A model generated the notes under the pieces. It saw only the letters and a list, made by a program, of their open reading frames with translations. It did no database searches and was not told the DNA's origin. The position numbers and the translations under genes were made by a program. DNA of 64,000 nt from Carcharhinus amblyrhynchos (lineage: Eukaryota), in the NCBI GenBank assembly GCA_965287045.1, contig CBDIYR020000001.1:8866001-8930000 (forward strand), given 5' to 3'. This document shows positions 49,701-62,026 of the stretch, one piece after another; position 1 is the first letter of the stretch; each line of letters opens with the position of its first letter.

Positions 49701-50429
49701 CTTCCGAGGCTGAAAGAGCAGTGCGTTCACAACGTGAAACCACTGAGCCGTGCTAATGCCGAACAGCTCAGAAGTTCCGGAAACTGACTGGAATTTGCTG
49801 TTCCCATGTTATGAATGTTAACTAGTCGGATGGGAGGGGCAAACATTTTTCAGCTTTTCATTGGCTCCCAGAATACGATTCGTCATTTCCTGAATAAGAA
49901 GAGAAAATACTAGCAACATTCACCAGTTCAGGTATCAGCAGAGTTGAAACGGTAAATATGATTCTCTCCACAGATGTTGCCAGATCTGCTGAACATTTCA
50001 AACTTTTCGGTTTTTATTAAAATTCTAGCATACTTTGCATTTTTAGTAGTCTTCAATTGTGGTGCGGGGCCAATGAGGAAGAACAGTGTTATCAAATAAC
50101 TCAGAGCATTGGCAAAAATACCAGATGTCTGGGAGAATCTGTCAGTTATACAAAAGAAAATGAACTGCCTGAAATTCAGATCGAAACGGATTCAATAATA
50201 TATTTCTGAATTGAATTGGATAAAATATTGACGGGGAAACTAAATGCAGTGATGTGGGAGCGAACAGAGAATGGGACAAATTGAATAGGGGACAAGTTAC
50301 CCAGCCATCATCAATATGAGAGAATTATTTATAAATCCTGTATGGAATTCGAAAACAATGTCTTTACCAAAAGCATGGGGGCAATTTAAAACTGACTTTC
50401 ACATGTGAGGATACTGTGTCTTGAAGAAA

Positions 50430-50698
50430 CGTGTTTGGACTTTGTTCTTGTGCAATGTCTCGTGGAATAGTTATAAGCACTCGGAGCCGTCCTAACAGCC
50501 AGCATTCTGTAGTGTTGCTGCAACAACATAATTGATTCTAATGGCTAGAATGTTGGTTTTAATCTTCACTAATACTGTTGTGCTCTTCTCTCCTGGGATT
50601 TTGCAGGGTGGGGCTTAATTGGGATGATTGACAGGTATGGTCATGTGATGGCGGAATCTGGCCTTACACAGGTATTCAAGCTCAGGTGCTGCTTCAAG

Positions 50699-50747
<49 letters not shown>

Positions 50748-51235
50748 CAGTGTTTTCCCCTTCCCTTGAGTTGGATTTTCTGTGGTCTGAGTGTTGCTGC
50801 TTTGGAGGCTGACAGAGATTAGGTTTACTTCTGTGTTTTACTGCCTTGAGCATATATCCTTCTCTGAAAATTGCTGTTTGGATTTCAACAATTGGTGTTA
50901 AAACCTAAAAATCTAGCATTATGTGACCATACTTCTTTTAATGCTAACTAATTCTGTATGTTAATGGGACATTGCTGTTAAATTGGAACAACAGAGATTT
51001 GGAGGTTTATACTAGGTCACATTTAAGTATTTTAGTCGTAAAAGTTATGCTAATTATTTTCGTTATATCGTAAATGTGTCCTTAAATAAACTTTGAGCAA
51101 AGCTTCCAAGTGGGTCACTTGAATCATACCTGAAGTGAAACAACTGATACTCAGTAATCACAAACTCAAATGTAAAACCTAGGGTCTAGGCTATCTTCAC
51201 GAAACACATTGGAGTGTCTGGCCTGAGCTTTAACA
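50430..51235 (+). mobile_element. Probable solo LTR containing (TG)n(GA)n at 50700-50747
   Basis: 3' block related to 11250-11955; ends ...gcctgagctttaaca; 5' boundary approximate. Confidence 0.4.
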
Positions 51236-51600
51236 CACGGGAGGGGTTAAGGCGAATAACATTGATTCCGTAAACGGCATTCACCATATGCCCAAACAGC
51301 TGTAAAGGGTAGGTGACCCATTGACGAAGTATCTGGAATGATGTCTCGCATTTGCATTCTTCGAATCATGAGTAATATATTTATGGATTTAATTATTTCT
51401 TATTTCTGTGGAATTGTTTAACTTACAGGGGCGGAAATGGGTAAGAGATAGACAGACGGACAGGCGGATGGACGGGCGCGCGGCGAGCCGAATGATTGAT
51501 TAACACAGCGAGACACAGAGGCTGACGGACAGCAGAGTTCTGTTGGCTATAATTATATTTTGACTCCTGTTGAGGGATTTGGTCTCTGGGAGTCATTGTG

Positions 51601-52533
51601 TAAACTCCAGGCGCAATAGGACAGAGCCCAGTGATACGCCCACAGGCCAGAGGACTCCAGGTAAAATTGGGTGTTGTTAGGCCTACTCAAGTTGGAACCG
51701 TTCACCTCACCGTGCAGAATGACTCTTCCAACGAAGCGAGAATAGGAAAGGATTTGAGGCTCACGGTCAGGGTGCCATCGAAAGCAGTAGACATAGGTTC
51801 CGGCTGATGGTTCCTTGCAAATGCATTTGATGGTGAATTTACTGCCCGGGGAACTGGATGTAGAAGAGGGAGCCTGTTCGATCAACATGACCGCCATATC
51901 TGTAAAACCGACTGTAGAAAAATAAGGAAGTTAACTTCGATATCTCGTGATGGGCACATAAAATAAGCATGGAAGATAGATATAGATGAATGAAAGAGAG
52001 AGAGCGTGACTGAGTTTGTGTGTTCGTGTGTGAGAGATGCAACATTGCAGAAAATGAGAACTAAAAGTGGGAAATAGACGACATGCAAACGGACAAGATG
52101 AGAGCGAAAGAGATACACACACACACACACACACACAGAGCGGGACACAGACACAGAGTGAGGGAACTACAAAAAGGAAAGCAAGAACAATCGCTGGGAT
52201 AAAATGGAGAGAGTGAGATAATGACAGCGAGGGAAACACTCAGAGACACAGAGACAGGCGGACAAAGGGGAGTCAGTATAGAGTGAGGAAATTGTGAAAG
52301 ACCGAGAGGGACAAAAAAAACACAGGGATTGAAAGAGTTATGGAAAGAACTGTCAACATAACTGTGAATTAACCCCTGGTGAGTGGTGAATTTACCCCTG
52401 CGAAGAGGGGAGTGGAACCTCAACTCCAAAGCAGATCAACTCCGAAACAATAAAAGCGAGGAACACTGACACCTCCCCGTTTAACTCCACCTTACCAGGG
52501 GTCCGCAGTAGCAAATGCAGAGCTCAGAGACAT
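51601..52533 (-). pseudogene. TRBV: TRBV pseudogene (CAWS family); leader 52496-52533, V exon 51601-51899
   Basis: Leader is 38 nt versus 43 nt in paralogs (frameshift); conserved Trp replaced (YVYCFRW); nonamer degraded (ACAGGAGTC); V exon itself open. Confidence 0.9.
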
Positions 52534-53149
52534 TCCTGGAAGCTGAAAGATCCGCGTACTCACAACGTGAAACCACTGAGCCGTTTTATTGTAGAATATT
52601 ACAAAGTTCTCAACACTGATTGGGATTTGCTGTCCCTTTGCCCTGCATGTTAATTTGATAAATGGGAGGGGCAAATCTTTCATTCTTTTTACTCCTTCTT
52701 TTGGCTCCCAGAGCACGAATTGTTATTTCCTGAGTAAAAAAAATTATATGCCAGAAATATTCAGCTGTTTAGGCATCATCTGTTGCCACAAGTTCTAATG
52801 ATTTCCAGCTTTCGGTTTTGAATCATGTTGTCAGCATCCGCAGTAATTTGCTTTTGTATTCGTCGCCATTTCCGGTGTGGGACTTGTCAGGTAGTAAATT
52901 ATCATCTGCGAAATCGTTAGCAAAACTCAAAAGTAACTGATTGGTCGGAGAATCTGTTTAAATCAGTCAGATATGCAAGAGAGAATGGGCCGCCAGGAAG
53001 TGTGATCAAAGCAGATTCAATCATCATTTTAAAAAATAATTAGATAAATTCATGAGGGTGAACTTAACTGCAGGAATACAGGAGTGAACAGAGAGGATCA
53101 TTAGAGTGGATGTGTTAACCAACCTTCATCAATATTAGATAATTACTTA

Positions 53150-53487
53150 GACGGCACGTTGGCACAGTGGTTAGCCTCATGGCGCGAGGAACCCAGGTTC
53201 AACTCTAGTCTTGAGTGACTGTCTATGTGGAATTTGCACGATTTCTTCCGGTTTGATCCGAATGTCTAATTTCCTCTAAAGGTTTGCAGGGATTGGGTTG
53301 ATTGGCCACGCTAAATTGCCTTTAGTGTTCAAAATTGTGTAATTTAGATGGGTTAGTCTTGGTATTCAGGGATGACTGGGATTCGGGGAATAGGCCTGAG
53401 GAAGGTGATCTTCAGAGAGTCAATGGTGACTCGATTTGCTGAAATGCTTCCTTTTGCAATGTAGAAATTCTTTGATTCTATGATTCT
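53150..53487 (+). mobile_element. HE1/V-SINE, degraded
   Basis: ggcacgttggcacagtggttag head; tail gattctatgattct. Confidence 0.7.
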
Positions 53488-53829
53488 TAATTGAAAACTC
53501 TGAAGGGAATTCAGAAGCAACCTCTTTGCCCAAAGTGTGGTGACAATATAGCATTTTTATTTCTCATGTTTTCTTTTTTCTCAAATTACTAGAGAATTAT
53601 TTTCACGACCATGCGCTCAAATGGCTGTCCGGTGACTGTCTAGTGAGGAAGGTATGTAGAGATAGGTCTCACTTTTGCCATGTTTGAATCATGGGTGATA
53701 TATTTATGGGTTTAAAGGTTTATGTTTCTTTGGAATGGCTTCCTTCATGGGTTAAGGAATGATCTAAGAGACTTCTACAAAACCCTGACGTCTTTTGATG
53801 AATACACTTTAAATATCAGGAGCTAATAT

Positions 53830-54137
53830 CATTGAATCCTTGCAGTGCAGAAGGAGATTATTTGGCCGATCGCGTTTACACCAGCCGTACAACAAAGCAG
53901 CTTACCCAGGCCACCCACAGCTCTATCCGCTTATCCTCACGCATTTATCTTGCGCATATTAAGGGACCAATCCAGTTAACCTGCACATGATTAGGTCATG
54001 AGAGGAAACCAGAGCACCCAGAGGAAACGCACGCAGGCACATAGAGAATGTGCAAACTTTATCCAGTCATCAAAGACAGGATTCGAACTCGGGTTCCCAA
54101 CGCTGTGAAGCAGCTGTGCTAACCACTATGCCACGGT
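53830..54137 (-). mobile_element. HE1/V-SINE
   Basis: gaggaaaccagagcacccagaggaaacgcacgcaggcac core. Confidence 0.75.
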
Positions 54138-54509
54138 AGTATAGATGGGGAAAGGAACGATCAATGGTGGACACCAATTTTGGGATATTGGCAAAAGATT
54201 CATAACTGCAGAGTTTTGGAAATCTCCTCTGTGCGAAACATCAGTTTGAAACACTCTGAACGGCGGTACAGCAGATTCTTTGGAAACTTTGAAAAATCAG
54301 TGGGCATTCTGTACACGATCAGGAAACTCTCAGAGGCACTAATAGCCTCATCCACCATTCACGGACTCATTATTAAAAATAGCGGCTAATTAAATGAGAA
54401 GAACATTCATGGATAATGTTCTAATCTTAAAGATAGAATACCATGATCTGAACTAAAAGAGGTCAGGAAGATTAATCAAAATCAATGAAATCACAAATCA
54501 CGGTCCACC

Positions 54510-54742
54510 NNNNNNNNNNNNNNNNNNNNNNNNNNNNNNNNNNNNNNNNNNNNNNNNNNNNNNNNNNNNNNNNNNNNNNNNNNNNNNNNNNNNNNNNNNN
54601 NNNNNNNNNNNNNNNNNNNNNNNNNNNNNNNNNNNNNNNNNNNNNNNNNNNNNNNNNNNNNNNNNNNNNNNNNNNNNNNNNNNNNNNNNNNNNNNNNNNN
54701 NNNNNNNNNNNNNNNNNNNNNNNNNNNNNNNNNNNNNNNNNN
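54510..54742. other. Assembly gap
   Basis: Run of N. Confidence 1.
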
Positions 54743-54782
54743 GTGCTGTTGCTGCGCTCTGCCACCTCTTTGAATCACTGTG

Positions 54783-55075
54783 AAACTCCGGGACGAGTAA
54801 TATATGGCCGATACAACAACTTCCGTCCAGTCCCTGCCGGAGGATTTTAGATAGGTGGGCATAGTTGGGCTTCCTCGTGGTGGAACCATCAACTTCACTG
54901 GAGGGAGAGATGTTATCATAGAAAAGATCCTGCCGCTCACGGTCATGGTGTCATCCGTACCAGCAGAAGAAGTTGCCAGCATCTGCTTCTCTAGGGAGAC
55001 TTTGAATGCTGACCGGAGTGGCCAATGAACTGGAAATGGAAACAGGAGTTTGTCGGAGCAGCAAGGCATCCACAT
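54783..55075 (-). pseudogene. TRBV: TRBV pseudogene (divergent CAWS-related)
   Basis: DVDALLLRQTPVSISSS...IQSL (Cys lost)...WYG*HHDRE...; frameshift; ends SAIYYSSRS then CACAGTG at 54776-54782 with a poor nonamer; no leader found. Confidence 0.88.
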
Positions 55076-56324
55076 CTGTAAATTGGAAAGGGAAGGTGAA
55101 GAGAGAATTATAAAGCCATAAATAGAGTCTGCATTGATAAGAAGATGAAAAATAGGGGTGAAGGGGAAACACAGTGATACAGGTGTTGGGGGCGGGGCGG
55201 GGGGGGCAGCAAATGATGGATGGACAAAGACATAATGAGTGAACGAGAGAGAAAAATCCGGCAGAGGGAAATGTGCATAGAAGCACGCGCACACACGCAC
55301 AAAAACATGCGCACAAACACCCTACCCGTCATCATTAGCAACACATTTCCAAGGTGAGCATACTCATCATTAGAGCGGGGAAGACAATTCTGTTTAGTGT
55401 GTGAATTTACTGAGCAGTGTTCTTGTAGAATATCCATGTTTTGGACACGAAGTTGACTTCACAGTTTACTCGTACATCATCTGGAATATTTGGAAAAGTG
55501 AGATCAGGCTTTCTTCCTTTGTCTGGAGTGATAATTTCCGAGGCAGACCGTTCTGGAGAATCTCCTCTGAACTGTTTCTGAGGCCTTGTCATGCTTCCTA
55601 AACTAAATTGCTTGCGCTGGAGGAAATCTTTCCTAAATGTTGAAATCTGTCATCACGAACCTGGGGTCATGACCAACTGATGATTCTGATATGCACACAC
55701 TAAGCCCGAGGCGTACGCAGCTTAACTGGTTGAAGAGGCTCCTTTTCAAGTCTCTTCTTTTCGAGATACCTTCTTTTAGCCTTAACATATGGCTGTCATT
55801 GTGCGCCAGTTTTCAAGGGAGCGCATGTCTACTGTGGTGGACTACGTGTCTCAAATGGATTGTTTCATTCCGGATAGCGTCAAGCTTCATGCGCGTTATA
55901 CATTCATCCAGGCAAGTGGAGAACATTCCATAATTCTTCTAATTTGTGTCTTGAAGTGGATTGATTGTCTGTATATCACTTCGCTGCATCGGTGTTACAT
56001 AATAGACCTTCGTCGTTCAGTAATTAACGTTATTGGACAGTCATTACGACTGAATCTATCATATGTGACACAATGAAAGCAATGCAAAGGAAGAGTTGGA
56101 ATTTTGAAGGGCATCTGGGACAGATGTATTTGTTCCCTTCTCCCTTCTGATTTCCTACAGCCTTCGGTTACTTCCGTCATTCATTCTTGGTGAAATTGCA
56201 GGTGGAATCGACCGTTGAAGCGGGAAGACATTAGCGGCTGTGGCGGCTTTGATCGTGCAGTCAGTTGTAGATGTTCATCCGATTGCTTTTTTGTATTGAC
56301 ACTATCGCGATCCGCAGCTCTGTG

Positions 56325-57146
56325 CTCACTGCTTGCACAGTAATACATCGCCGAATCCGCAACCTTCACTTTCAAGATCCTCAAGGTACACTTCTTCTCC
56401 TCGGGCCGCGTAATCTTGATCTCGTTCTCGAAGTTTCCTTCGTAAGTAGCTCCAACTCCATTAGTATGATAACCCATTAGGCGGAAAGCCACGCCAGGGT
56501 ACTGCTGATACCAGAGCATCACGGTCTTGCTGCTGTCGTTTTGGTAACAATTTAATTCTGTTGCCTCGCCTTTATTCACGGCCATCTGAATTGGCCATTG
56601 GTATATCAGCTGTGCCAGTGTTTTGCCTGGAGAAATAAAGAGAATATTTACAATGCTTAAATCGTCATGGGTGACAGGAAAATGAATTTAAAAGACATTA
56701 AATGACCGGATAGACGACGAAAAAGTAGATGCTATGTAGGTAGATAGGTAATAAACAGGTAGATAGTAGCCTGATAGATAGGCAGGCACATAATTCATAG
56801 ATAATTCATAGATAGATAGATAGATAGACGAGTACTATAAGACATCTAGATTGCGGACACATGTTGAGGTCAACACAATTTTAGTAGCGATATGAAAATG
56901 TTAACACTTCTCATTTCCTCAGAAAGTTAATTAATCTAGTATGATTCTGCAAGAGATTCCGCCCACGATCATGCTCGCCCTAAAATTTAAGCATACTAAT
57001 AAAAAACGACTGCTTTTTTTATATCAGTCCAATTCGGTTGGCGTTAATAACGGAAGAAAACACAGGTGAGGTTTTAGCGTTATAAACATTGGCGAAATAC
57101 CTAGAAATGAAGAGCAGAGGAAAACAAAGAGAGCAGCTGTCTGCAT
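56325..57146 (-). CDS. TRBV: TRBV (CASS family), intact; leader 57101-57146, V exon 56325-56626
   Basis: Leader MQTAALFVFLCSSFL|G; KTLAQLIYQWP...LNCYQ...WYQQYPG...DSAMYYCASSE; 23-RSS CACAGAG-23-ACAAAAAAG at 56286-56324. Confidence 0.96.
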
Positions 57147-57216
57147 CTTACACACTGGAGGTTGAATCTGCTATTGGATCGTTTGCAGGCAGCAGTCGAT
57201 AAAACTGACTTCAGGA

Positions 57217-57620
57217 CGTGACGACAGAAGAATCTGGGTTTCCTGTTGACTCGTCAATTCCTGTATTAAGGGTTAAAACGGCACCAGTCGCCGTGCGTGC
57301 CCTGGTTGTGCAAATGGTTCATGGGGCTAGGTTCGCTTCGATAGACCCATCGAGGCAGGACCCATGTCTGGATAAAAATATTGCGAAAGGGTTGACAGGC
57401 CGAGTCGCGCACGTCTTGGGGGAGAAATAAGGTGGAGGTACCCGTAAAACCATCAAAAGTTTGATTGCCATCTCTGGTGAAGCCAAAGGTATAAAATGGC
57501 CTCCCCTTAATGGCCAAGGCAGGCTAGTACATTCCTGGAGTATTCACATCTGGGGTTAATGGCTTGCTCGCTAGCAGCTTGGGCGCCCTGTTTCTCAGGA
57601 CCGCAGCTGGGGTTGCCACA
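57217..57620. mobile_element. Probable solo LTR in the V promoter
   Basis: Termini CGTGACGAC...GTTGCCACA (imperfect inverted), flanks CAGGA/CAGAA. Confidence 0.5.
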
Positions 57621-57936
57621 CAGAATGTGATACAGTGACTAAGGCAGAGCAACAATGTAAATTGCATTGGATACAATTTATTGGTTGCTTCATACTATAA
57701 TCCAGCACTCGCCGAAAAGCTGTCGAAGCAGGTTTAAATAACTTCAGAGCCCGCTGTCGATGGAGGAAAAGTAAATACCCAGAATTGCATTCGCTCCATC
57801 AGAGAAATGACAACATTTCTGTGAGCCAACCAACAATACGTTTGGCCGCTTGCACTTATAAGTGGAACAACTTGGAGGAGGACAGATTCTCACTCACTGC
57901 CCAGAGTTTGAGAAATCCTGCAGTCAAAGAACGTTT

Positions 57937-58066
57937 CATAGAATCATAGAATCATAGAGCCCTACAATGCAGAAAGAGGCCCTTCGGCCTATCGAGTCTG
58001 CAACGAACACAATCCCACACCCGCCCCTGCCCTACAAATTATACCCACTAATCCCTCTAACCTACA
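57937..58066 (-). mobile_element. HE1 SINE tail fragment between promoter and leader of the inverted pseudogene
   Basis: (catagaat)n plus cctacaatgcagaaagaggcccttcggcc. Confidence 0.75.
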
Positions 58067-58068
58067 GG

Positions 58069-58765
58069 ATGTCTGTACTTCCGTTCTCGATTCTGTTGCT
58101 GCTGCTACCGACGAAACTGGCCTCTGATGTGTCAGTAATCTTGACTGTCATTGCCCTGCGCGCCCGATTAGGGGTTAATCCACTTTCTATGCTAATTCCA
58201 AGACGTTTTAAATTGTAGATTTCACCTCTCTGTGTTTGCCGCCTCTGTGTCTATTTGTCACTCTGTCTCCCTCTCCCTGTCACTCCGTTCCTCTCTCTGA
58301 CGATTTATCTACTAATTTCCTTCTTTAGGCTTCCTACCTTCCTTCGCCCGACTGTCTCTCAGTGCTCTGTGTGTTTCTCTCTTTATACCACTCGAGGCCT
58401 TCTGTGGCCAATCCCCTCCCCTTCGTTTTACCTGAGGTTCCCGCTATCTCCATCTGATTCTCTCATTCTACCCTTCTCTCTTTTCACCTGGTTTTCTCTG
58501 TTTATCTCTCTATCACGGCCTCGCTGCTCCGCTCTCAGTCTCACACCTCTTCTCACCCCCAGGCCTACCACTGCCTATTTTTATATCCCTTTGAAGTATT
58601 CAAAGTTTATATATCTGCCTTTTCACTCTCTGATTTACAGAAGTGGCGGCCATACTGGTCAATAGATTCCAGCTTTCATATCCAGTTCCCGGGCCACCCC
58701 AATCAGCCTCAAATGCCTTCACATTAAAGAAGATGGTAGCAGCTGGTGTTGATGGTATCTGGCCA
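58069..58765 (+). pseudogene. TRBV: Inverted TRBV pseudogene (CAWS family), 3'-truncated
   Basis: Leader-like MSVLPFSILLLLLP with the donor deleted; exon from 58641 VAAILV/fs/PAFISSSRATPISLKC...*WYL; no FR3 or RSS. Confidence 0.85.
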
Positions 58766-60495
58766 TCTCTTCTTTGAGCATAGCACTTCATTCACCCTTT
58801 TTTTTTGCTTCCAGGTTTTGACGACAATCTGTTCTTATCTCATTGAAGCCCCCTTTACTCCAGTTCATTGTCCTTTTCCATAGTCACCATAAAACTTCTA
58901 TACAGTGATCACGATCCCATATATGTTCCCTCTCTGACACTTGATGGCACATAGAGTGACACCGCAGTTATAACACAGTCGAGGCAATTCGGCCCAAGTG
59001 CCTTGTGCCATCATTTATCCTCCACATTAATCCCCTCTCACCCTACTTTATCTGAGGATATTAACATAGCAAATAATAAAGGCATCTCTGGTTTTGGATA
59101 ATTTCTTATCAAATAATACACTATCCCAGATTCTGTTGGCCCAAATCTTCCTTTGCCCGCAGAGTCGTACCCCAGTGTAATCCACGAGAGACGCTGACGA
59201 TACCCTTGGGAATCCCGAGGAAGTTTGAACTCCCGCTAGGCTAGTACCCTGCATTTGAAATCATCCGATAGACAGGTTTAAAGTTGAGAGTTCAAATTTG
59301 TCCAAGTCTCTTAGCGCAATAGCTTCTCAGGAAAAGTCAGAAGTATTAAAACCACGTTTAACTCCTGTGTAAAGATATGACGAATATTCTCCCCCACCCC
59401 CCAACACTGGACCCCTTTGCCATCCCAAATGACCTAACTCCTTCCCTTCATACCGCCGACTAATAACCAATTAACGCTACGGGCACCTGATTACACTCCA
59501 CCTCCTTACTGACCCCCTTGCTGCCAACCGTGAACAGGCCACCCTACCCCTCCGCCCCACCTCTCTTCCCGATAGAACGTACCCACAAACTAAATGCACA
59601 TAACTATCTCAGGGACATTTGAACCGAGGCCCTTACGGCAGCTAGAGGAAAAAACACGCTGGGTAAGTATAAAGCAACGGAGTGGCAGTATGATTGTGGG
59701 CGCCATACCTCGGAAGTCTGGGGCTGTAGCTATCCAATCATTTGCGTAGATTTTTGATACCGTGATACTATTTTTACTCCAACCATATTGAGTTCAAGCT
59801 ACCAGATCATTGGAGTTTAAAAATATTCATTATAAACGCTCAACAAAATGCAATGATGTATAACCTACCCAAATGCAATCTGACTGCTTGTCCATTGACC
59901 CTAGTGTCTCAACATTTGGAACATAGTTACGGAGCTCTTTCGAAAGCATGATAAGAGGAGTAATGAAGAAATGCAGAGAGAGGCAGGTAAATAAGAGAGT
60001 GGAAGGGACAAGAAGAGAAACGGGCGCGAGAGAAACAAAAGGAAAATTAAGAAAGTAGTATCTGACACACCACCAAATAAATTTAACCCGGATTTAAGAG
60101 TGAATGCCTTCGCAAGCTCTGCATTCCAAGCGAAAAAGCTTTTTGATTATCCGCGACTGACATACATTCTGCATATTGTGCGAGAATGCAACTGAGCACC
60201 CATTTTGTCAATAATTTCATTAGATTTATTCTAATGCGTAGAAATGGAACGAAGATTTGCCCGTGCACTTTAGAGTCTGGTTGGCAGCTGCTGAACATTT
60301 CCCGAATTTAACGTTAGCCTGTCCCAACAGCACGCCACCCCCCCGCCCACCTCCTCCCCACGATCCCCTGCCACACGCCGCGCCCACTCCCCAAGAGATT
60401 TCCCGGACTCTCCAAATGGTTGAAACTACCCATCACTGGAAACCTGAAATAAACCTCCCCTCCATGTCTCCTCGTCAGAAGATGTCGCAGGGAGC

Positions 60496-60503
60496 TGACG
60501 TCA
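60496..60503. promoter_or_regulatory. Perfect CRE palindrome TGACGTCA
   Basis: 660 bp upstream of the inverted V ATG; a near-CRE GGTGACGTCG lies at 60961-60970. Confidence 0.35.
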
Positions 60504-61164
60504 CGAGCAGCTATATCCTTTAATGCTCCTTGAGAAATTGATGCTGTTATTTTCTGGCCAACGACTGGATTACTAAAACATGTCAGGGGATAGTCAGTCA
60601 ACCACATTTGCCTATGGCGGATCATGCAGAAGGCAGGCCGAGTAATGATAGCAGATTTGGTTTTCTTCGATATTAGTAAAACAGACTGGCTTTTCCGGAA
60701 ATCCAGTAGTGTCATGCACATTAATACTGAAAACAGGCTCTTTATTGCAGATTTGATTCTATTTGCTGCCAGGATATGGTATGAAACCCTTGTCCATGAA
60801 TCAATTAGCCTAGCATTCTGTACTAATAGACCAGCAACATTACTACGATTCTACATTAGGATAACAAACAGCACTGTCTGCAGAGAGCTAAAGCAGGGAT
60901 CGGTAGACTAATGGATAAAATTGTTTGGCGGATCCAGACTAAATCCACCACTCGGAAGCTGGTGACGTCGGTTTAAGCTAACTTTAGAATCAGTTGGCGA
61001 AGGTCGAAACGTAAATGCGTCGAGTCGCATTAGCTCCACCCCGGAAATGACATGTTGTCCCAACCCACTATAAAGTGATCGCAAGCATTTATCCGTTGAA
61101 CAACTTAGAGGAGATATCCATTATCCAGAATTTGAGAAATCCTGCAGTTAAATACCCTTTAAAG

Positions 61165-62026
61165 ATGTATAGGTCTGGGCTCTGGGGCTTGTTGCTGCTG
61201 TTACCGGGTAAGGTGGAACTGGCCTCTGAGTTGCCAGTGAGCTTCACTGTTTTTGCGTTGCGTGTCCCAGTTAGGGGTTAACCTCCGTTCTGAGCTGCTT
61301 AACATCGCTTGAAGATGTAGATTCCCTCTGTCCTTCTTTGTTGCCATAGTCTCTGTTTGTCACTGTTTTTCTCTCCCTGCCACTCTGTTTCTCCCTTTAG
61401 GCTTCTTTGCTTATGGATTTCTCTAGTTTGACCCGACCTTCGTCCGCTTGTCTCTCAGTGTATTTCCTCTGTTCCTCCCTTTTTCTTTCCATTCATGATC
61501 TATCGATTGTTCTTGGTTTTCTCTCTGTTCCTGCCCCTCCTTCTCAGTTTGTCTTTGTTTCTCTCATTCTCGCCTGGCACTCTTTGCCTGCTTTTCTGTC
61601 TTTCTCTATCTCTATATCATTGCCTTACTCTCCCACTCTCATTCTTGTCTCAGCTCTCTTTCCCTTTCTGTCCTTGCAACCCCTCAAAGGGTGTCAAGGT
61701 TAATATCTGTCTTTTCTCTCTGTTTTACAGATGTGGCGGCGGTGCTGGTCCAACAGACTCCACCTTACATATCCAGCTCCCCGGGCACTGCAGTCAGTAT
61801 CGAATGTCATTGCATAAAAGCAATGTTTACCTCCTCTTTCAATTGGTATCGATGGCATCCTGATCGTGCTCCTCAGAACCTTTTCTACGCCTATGGCACA
61901 GAGATCACTCCCAAAGGGGAGGTGGACGGATTCACCGCCAGAAAATCGGACAACACTCACTTTTACCTGGAGTCTTCAAGCCTGCGGGCCAATCCCTCAG
62001 CCATGTATTACTGCGCCTGGAGTTTA
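61165..62026 (+). CDS. TRBV: Inverted TRBV (CAWS family), intact; leader 61165-61207, V exon 61731-62026
   Basis: Leader MYRSGLWGLLLLLP|gtaag; DVAAVLVQQTP...IECHC...WYRWHPDRAP...SAMYYCAWSL; 23-RSS CACAGTG-23-GCTAAAAAC at 62027-62065. Confidence 0.95.
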
